DNA of 64,000 nucleotides from positions 3,348,001-3,412,000 of the forward strand of contig OU015566.1 in assembly GCA_907165135.1 (NCBI GenBank), read 5' to 3'. The translations under genes and the position numbers were made by a program. The DNA comes from Oikopleura dioica. Taxonomy: Eukaryota; Animalia; Chordata. Under the pieces are notes generated by a model. That model saw nothing but the letters and a program-made list of their open reading frames with translations, searched no databases and was not told the origin of the DNA. Numbering within the stretch: the first letter of the stretch is position 1; each line of letters opens with the position of its first letter. This document shows positions 58,966-64,000 of this stretch, in pieces.

Positions 58966-60018
58966 ATGAAAAGAAGTCAAAACGAAAAAAAGGGATTGAA
59001 AAATGAGCAAGGTGATAAACGCTTGACTCCGTGGGTGATTATCAGCATCTACTCTTCTGTTTACTTTTTCCAAAGAGCAAAAACCTCGAATTTACAAAGA
59101 AGATCGAGAAAATGGCTGATAAAAAATCAGCGAAAAAGGGAAATGAAGAAGATAAGCCAGTCACTATGGATGGTCTCAAGTGAGTTATCGAAATTTTTAG
59201 CCAATAAAAAGCGAGTTTTTCCAATTTTATCCAATCGACGCCCAAAAAAAGGAATGAATGAGATATGTCCTCTTTCTTGCATTTTTGATTTTTTTCGACT
59301 CAATTTCCTTTTTCAGAGGTCAGCTTTTGCGATTTGGCGAGCACAACATCCTCTCCCTTCGAAAAGAGCTCCACGCGGCAGTCGATGAAGAAGCCCGATT
59401 TTCTGATCCAAGCCAAAAGGACATCCGAAAACAGCTGATGGACAAAGTTCTTATGGGAAAGGCTCAAAGAAAAATTAGCGAAAAAACAAGAGGAGTACGT
59501 TTTGAGTCTTGTAAAAAGCTGTTTTGATGATAACCAAACTCGAGGACCAAGTAAACGATCATAAGAAACACGTGGTCGATTTGAACAAAAAGAGCAAGGA
59601 TTTGAAGCTGACCTTCAATGTCCATAAAGAAAATGTCGAGGAACTGGAAGCACACAAGAGACAATGCAATCAAAAGGTTGAAAATCACAAATTTTGCTGG
59701 AAAAAAGGCGTTTTAGATTTCGAATCTGAGGGCGGAGAAAAAATCGCTAGAAGAATATGCTCAAATGCAGAAAACTGAGACAGATGTAAGTTTTTTTTTT
59801 ATTTTGAAAATAACAAAGAGATACCCTTAAGTTTCCATTGAAATTTTAAGCTCATTATTTTATTGATCATTTTTTTTCAGAAAATGAACGCTGAAATGGC
59901 TCCATACAAAAAGCAAAATGCAATGCTGATGAACATCGTTTCCGCAGCCGAAAAGGGTCACAACATGCTGCTGACAACAATGTCCAGCATCAACAAAGAG
60001 ATCAGTTCTGGCTTGTAG
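58966..60018 (+). CDS. Coiled-coil protein of unknown function (multi-exon; start uncertain)
   Basis: Exons spliced by hand give ...HNILSLRKELHAAVDEE...KLEDQVNDHKKHVVDLNKKSKDLK...QK|ISNLRAEKKSLEEYAQMQKTETD|KMNAEM...SSGL*. Confidence 0.55.
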
Positions 60019-60166
60019 AATATGTTTCATAATATATTTTAACATAAAGTATACAAATATTAATTAAAATATGTGTTGATACGGCATCTGGTGGATAAAT
60101 AATTAAGACTGGCAGTATTGAAAAATATGGACTAAATACAGAAATATAAATAAAATAAAATACGAT

Positions 60167-62302
60167 TTATAATGCAGGATTCCAGTTCCAGTTGAACGGC
60201 TCCCGTCCTAAATCGCCAGCGAGTTTTTGAGAAAATGGTTCGAAGAAATTGAAAAGTCGCTGGCGCATGTCTTCGCTCATCGTCTTTGATGGTGATTTTT
60301 GTTGACCCCTAGTGGCGGAAAATCGTTAAAAGGGGACAAAAAAGGGAGGAGTTCTTACTTGATGCAGTATTTGGTATCGTCGCCGGTTCTAGTGTAGCAG
60401 TAGTAGCCGCGTTCTTCGTCGAAGATGAAATTTTTCTCGTCGATGATTCGCTCGATGTTCAAAAATTGCTAGAAAAATGAGGATTCTCGTTAAAAGTTGA
60501 GGTTTTTACCTGTGTTTGGACAACAACGCCTCCGGGATTGGAGATCATTTCAGTTCCATCGACGACCAAAAGTTGTCGCTGGTCGAAATTTTCAAGCCAT
60601 CGTTTGTAAAAGACGGAATAGGCGCTAGAAATCGTAAAATATGCATCTTTTTTTGTTTTTAAGGAAAATTCAAGAGAACCCGGGGGCACTTTTTATTTCT
60701 TACCCATTTACAATCAAGTTCGAAATCGGATCAGTATAATTGAACCAATCCCGTCGCTCCTTGTACATTTTGTAGACCTCATCGTGCCACAAATCGCCCT
60801 GTTCCGCCTTGATCGCCGCCATTTCCGTCTCCATCTTGGAGAATCGCTCGCCAATGAAAGCTTCGAACTCCCCTGGGCTCGGTTCAGATCCAGCGTCGTT
60901 GCTAAAAATGCATTTTTGACAGCTGCTGAATTTTTGAAAAGCAAATATTTCGCTTGTTTCTTACGTTCTTGAATGCAAAAAATCCGAAAGAGTTCTTCTG
61001 ACTGGATCGCACGTGACGTAGATCATCTTGATCTCCTTTTTGACGCCTGAGAGCTTGGAAACTTGGCTTTGGAAGTTTCGGACTCGGTCGGGAACGACAG
61101 GAAGTCGGTAGTAATTTGGCGTTTTTTCGTAGGAGAGAACATCGTCGGTCGTATTGGGCATTTTGGACTTGTAGTAATCGAGTCCATCTTTGAAATTATT
61201 CGCGAAGAAGAAGGTTTCTCCGGCAGAAGCAAGGTCAGGGTGAATCTGAAAGACGTTGAGAAAGTGAAAAAATAAGGGTGTACCTTGAGGAAACGAGATA
61301 GGGCGGAAGTTCCACATTTCTTGACACCGATGATGATAAAGCTTGGCAAGTGCTGGGTCTTGGGCATCGTCTTACGTCGCTTAATCCGCTCGTGGAGGCC
61401 GACCATGATCTGATCCACTGTCTTTGGCGCGGGATCGAATGTCGGGATTTGGTAGATGGGCTTTTCAATGGTTCATTTTTGATTTTTCTTGAAAAATATT
61501 TGAAAACAAAGGTTGTTCTTCGAATTGAAACCATTTCCTGACCATCAAGACCAACACCGATCGCTCCAGCTGGCAAAACCGCGCCGTAGGGCAGAGCACC
61601 TTGCGGAGCAGGGACATTTCCAAAAGCCGGGGCAGCGCCAAAACCAGGGACAGCAGGGGCAGCAGGGGCAGCAGGAGCAGCAGCGCCATAGCCAGGATTG
61701 ACGTCTTGTGGTGGCACTCCATAAGCTGGCACTTCTTGAGCAGGTGGAGCTGCTTCAAACGCTGGGGCAGCGGGCTCGTAGACTGGGGCGGCAGGGGCAG
61801 CAGGTTCGTAGGCGGGAGCAGGGGCGGCAGCTTCGAAAGCTGGGGCTGCGGGAGCAGCGGCAGCAGCAGCAGCGTAGTCATCAACCATCGGGGCAAGAGG
61901 CTCGGGGACTTCAGCAGCACCTTGAGAAACTTGAGGAGCTTCGGGAACTGCTTGGGCGACAGGAGCTTGTTCAAATGCTGGAGCGGGTGCTTCAGCAAGA
62001 GCAGGGAGTTGAGGAGCAGCGGGGACAACAGGGCCAGCTGGAGCGTCCTGAACAAGAGCAGCGGGACGGGCACCACCGGCAATGCCAAGTTCGCTTTCAA
62101 CTTCTTTCTCGAATCGCTCAAGCTCATTGTGAAGATAAGTCGCTTCAGAATCCTGGGCAGCTTGGGCGGAAACGCGAGCTTGTTCCCATTGCGCTTTCCA
62201 ATCTGCTTGTTGGTCTAGGATTTCGTTTTCGAGGATTTCTAGGCGTTGTCGCTCGGTGAGAAGCATCGAGTGGATGAGGAGGATGGAGAAGCCGAGCATC
62301 AT
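60167..62302 (-). CDS. Heparan sulfate 3-O-sulfotransferase (HS3ST)-like Golgi sulfotransferase with a long Ala/Pro-rich stem
   Basis: LPSFIIIGVKKCGTSAL (5'-PSB loop), EKTPNYY, DPVRRTLSDF (3'-PB), WLENF...LLVVDG..MISNP and FNFFEPF. N-terminal transmembrane segment. An upstream exon is possible. Confidence 0.88.
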
Positions 62303-63208
62303 TCCGAGGAAGACTTTTTCAGAGGTCGAAAAAATGAAAATTAAAAGGAATTTTTTTTTTGAAATTTTTTTGATTTTTTTTATCTGAAAAAATGCCGCTG
62401 GACGAAAAATAAATTGAATTGAACCCAACTCGTCGATGAATTAATCTCGCATCTTTTATACGCGAGGATAGATTTCGCCCCTCAATTTTCGCAAAATTAC
62501 AAAATGTTCATTTTGACCTCTTTCCTGTCGACAAGCATGTTAAACTTATGCCGCAACGTGCCATGGCTCTTTCAAGTTCGATCGCGCAAGCGGTATGTAT
62601 GTATCAGATGGCGAGTTTTCCGGGCTGAGGTAAGGATTACAATTTTCTCTGCATGATAAGAAAAAGGAAAAGAGACGAAGGTTGAGATCAAGCTGCAGAT
62701 TTGGGTGCGGCAACACGAATTGGCCGGCCAAATGGAACCTTTCAAAACTGCCCCGGGCAAATTCATGCGCTGAAGTTATGTTTTCTTTTCACTCGATTTC
62801 GTGCACTCAGGCTTAATTTGTGATCCTCTTGGACCATGATGGGATTATTTTTCCGTTGTTCTAGCTTTCTACTGAATATAATGAAGGATCCTTAATCATC
62901 TTCAAAAAAGTGACGTAAAGGTAAGGTGATTTTCAGAAAAAGTGCACTTTTAGGTGCACCTTACAAATTCTTTTTTCATTGAAGTTGAAGGTGAAGTTCT
63001 TTTAATACCCTCTTCCCAAGAATGATTCTATTTTTATCTTTCTAATAAGCACTTGTTTCTGAAGAGATATAGTCTCGTACTTGCTCTAGGAATTCGAGGA
63101 AATTTTATAAAATTCCATCGTAAAAATTCGTCGTAGAATTATTTCTCGGTAAATATGAGAATAATAAAAATGTGCTTCAATGAGAGTTTGTCGCAGTTTT
63201 TTCGAAAG

Positions 63209-63603
63209 ATGATAAGAAAACGACTAATTGTTTTGCTCCCTTTTCTCGCAGCTCTTCCCGATAGAAACTGTACTGATTGCATCACCTTCCTTGACGAAAA
63301 TGATATAAAACCAACACAAGCAAGCACGACAATGACAGTTGATGAAAACGAGCAAGTAACCCAATCATAAAAAATATCTAAAAAATTCGTTAAATTTCAA
63401 GAACGATTTCAATATTCTTGTCCTAATGAACAACTTAACAAATTCATACATTATCTCTGGTGACGGCTCAACAATCACTTCGCCAACAATAAAAGGACTT
63501 CTTGAGTATCCTACAACATCTTATGACTACGTTGCTAATTCTCCATATGCGTTATTAAAGGATCAGTTATATATTTTTGGTGGAAGCAGATATGGAGATC
63601 AGC
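63209..63603 (+). CDS. 5' part of a secreted kelch-repeat-like protein
   Basis: Signal-like MIRKRLIVLLPFLAAL, a Thr-rich segment, then YALLKDQLYIFGG, a kelch GG motif. The continuation is unclear and it may be partial or pseudogenic. Confidence 0.5.
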
Positions 63604-64000
63604 GAAAAGTGTCTTTAAAAATTGTATTAATGTTACAAAAAAAATATAGATCAGAGGTGGATATTTTGAAATCAACCATAATTCCATTTTTTCTATAGCA
63701 AATTTGGCTTGATGAATCGGCTTGAATTTTCGCATGTTATCATCTTTTATATACAATCGGAGTCCAAAATAAGGGACTTTTTTTGCTCAAAATTTTTCGA
63801 AAAAAGTCCCTTAAATTGGGTCATCAAACCAAAAAATATGTCGCAAGCAAATTTTTTCGAAGTATATTTTTTGCGTCAAAATAAGCTAAAAGCATTGTTT
63901 TTGTGTCTTTAAAGACATTTTATAAAGAGGAAAACATATTCTGAACGGCAAATCACTTCAGTTTGTCGCAAAACTGATTGTAATCAAGGCTATTATTACC

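Noticed and set aside
61465-62259. Alternative-frame ORFs of 180-220 aa over the sulfotransferase stem
   Set aside because: Shadow frames of the GC-rich Ala/Pro repeat.

Overview
Eukaryotic animal DNA, AT-rich with many very short introns (35-100 bp). The style fits the appendicularian tunicate Oikopleura dioica or a relative; this is an inference from gene structure and protein families, not a database match. The window has three zones. (1) 1-13510 is an unusually large (>13.5 kb, 5' end outside the window) DIRS/PAT-type tyrosine-recombinase retrotransposon. It has RT-RNase H-adenine methyltransferase, an intact-looking tyrosine recombinase, two gag-like genes, two large accessory genes and a 3' split-direct-repeat end. 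It carries about 14 predicted spliceosomal introns, including inside RT, MT and YR, and is strongly enriched for the pentamer GACTC. (2) About 13.5-46 kb is a MITE- and satellite-rich tract that contains a long-intron CXXC4/5-type zinc-finger gene. (3) 46-64 kb is a compact host gene cluster: a mucin-like protein with four novel 6-Cys modules, a scramblase-like gene, cathepsin D, two trypsin-family proteases, a coiled-coil protein, an HS3ST-like sulfotransferase and the start of a kelch-like gene. All intron coordinates and motif counts were worked out by hand and need transcript or computational confirmation.
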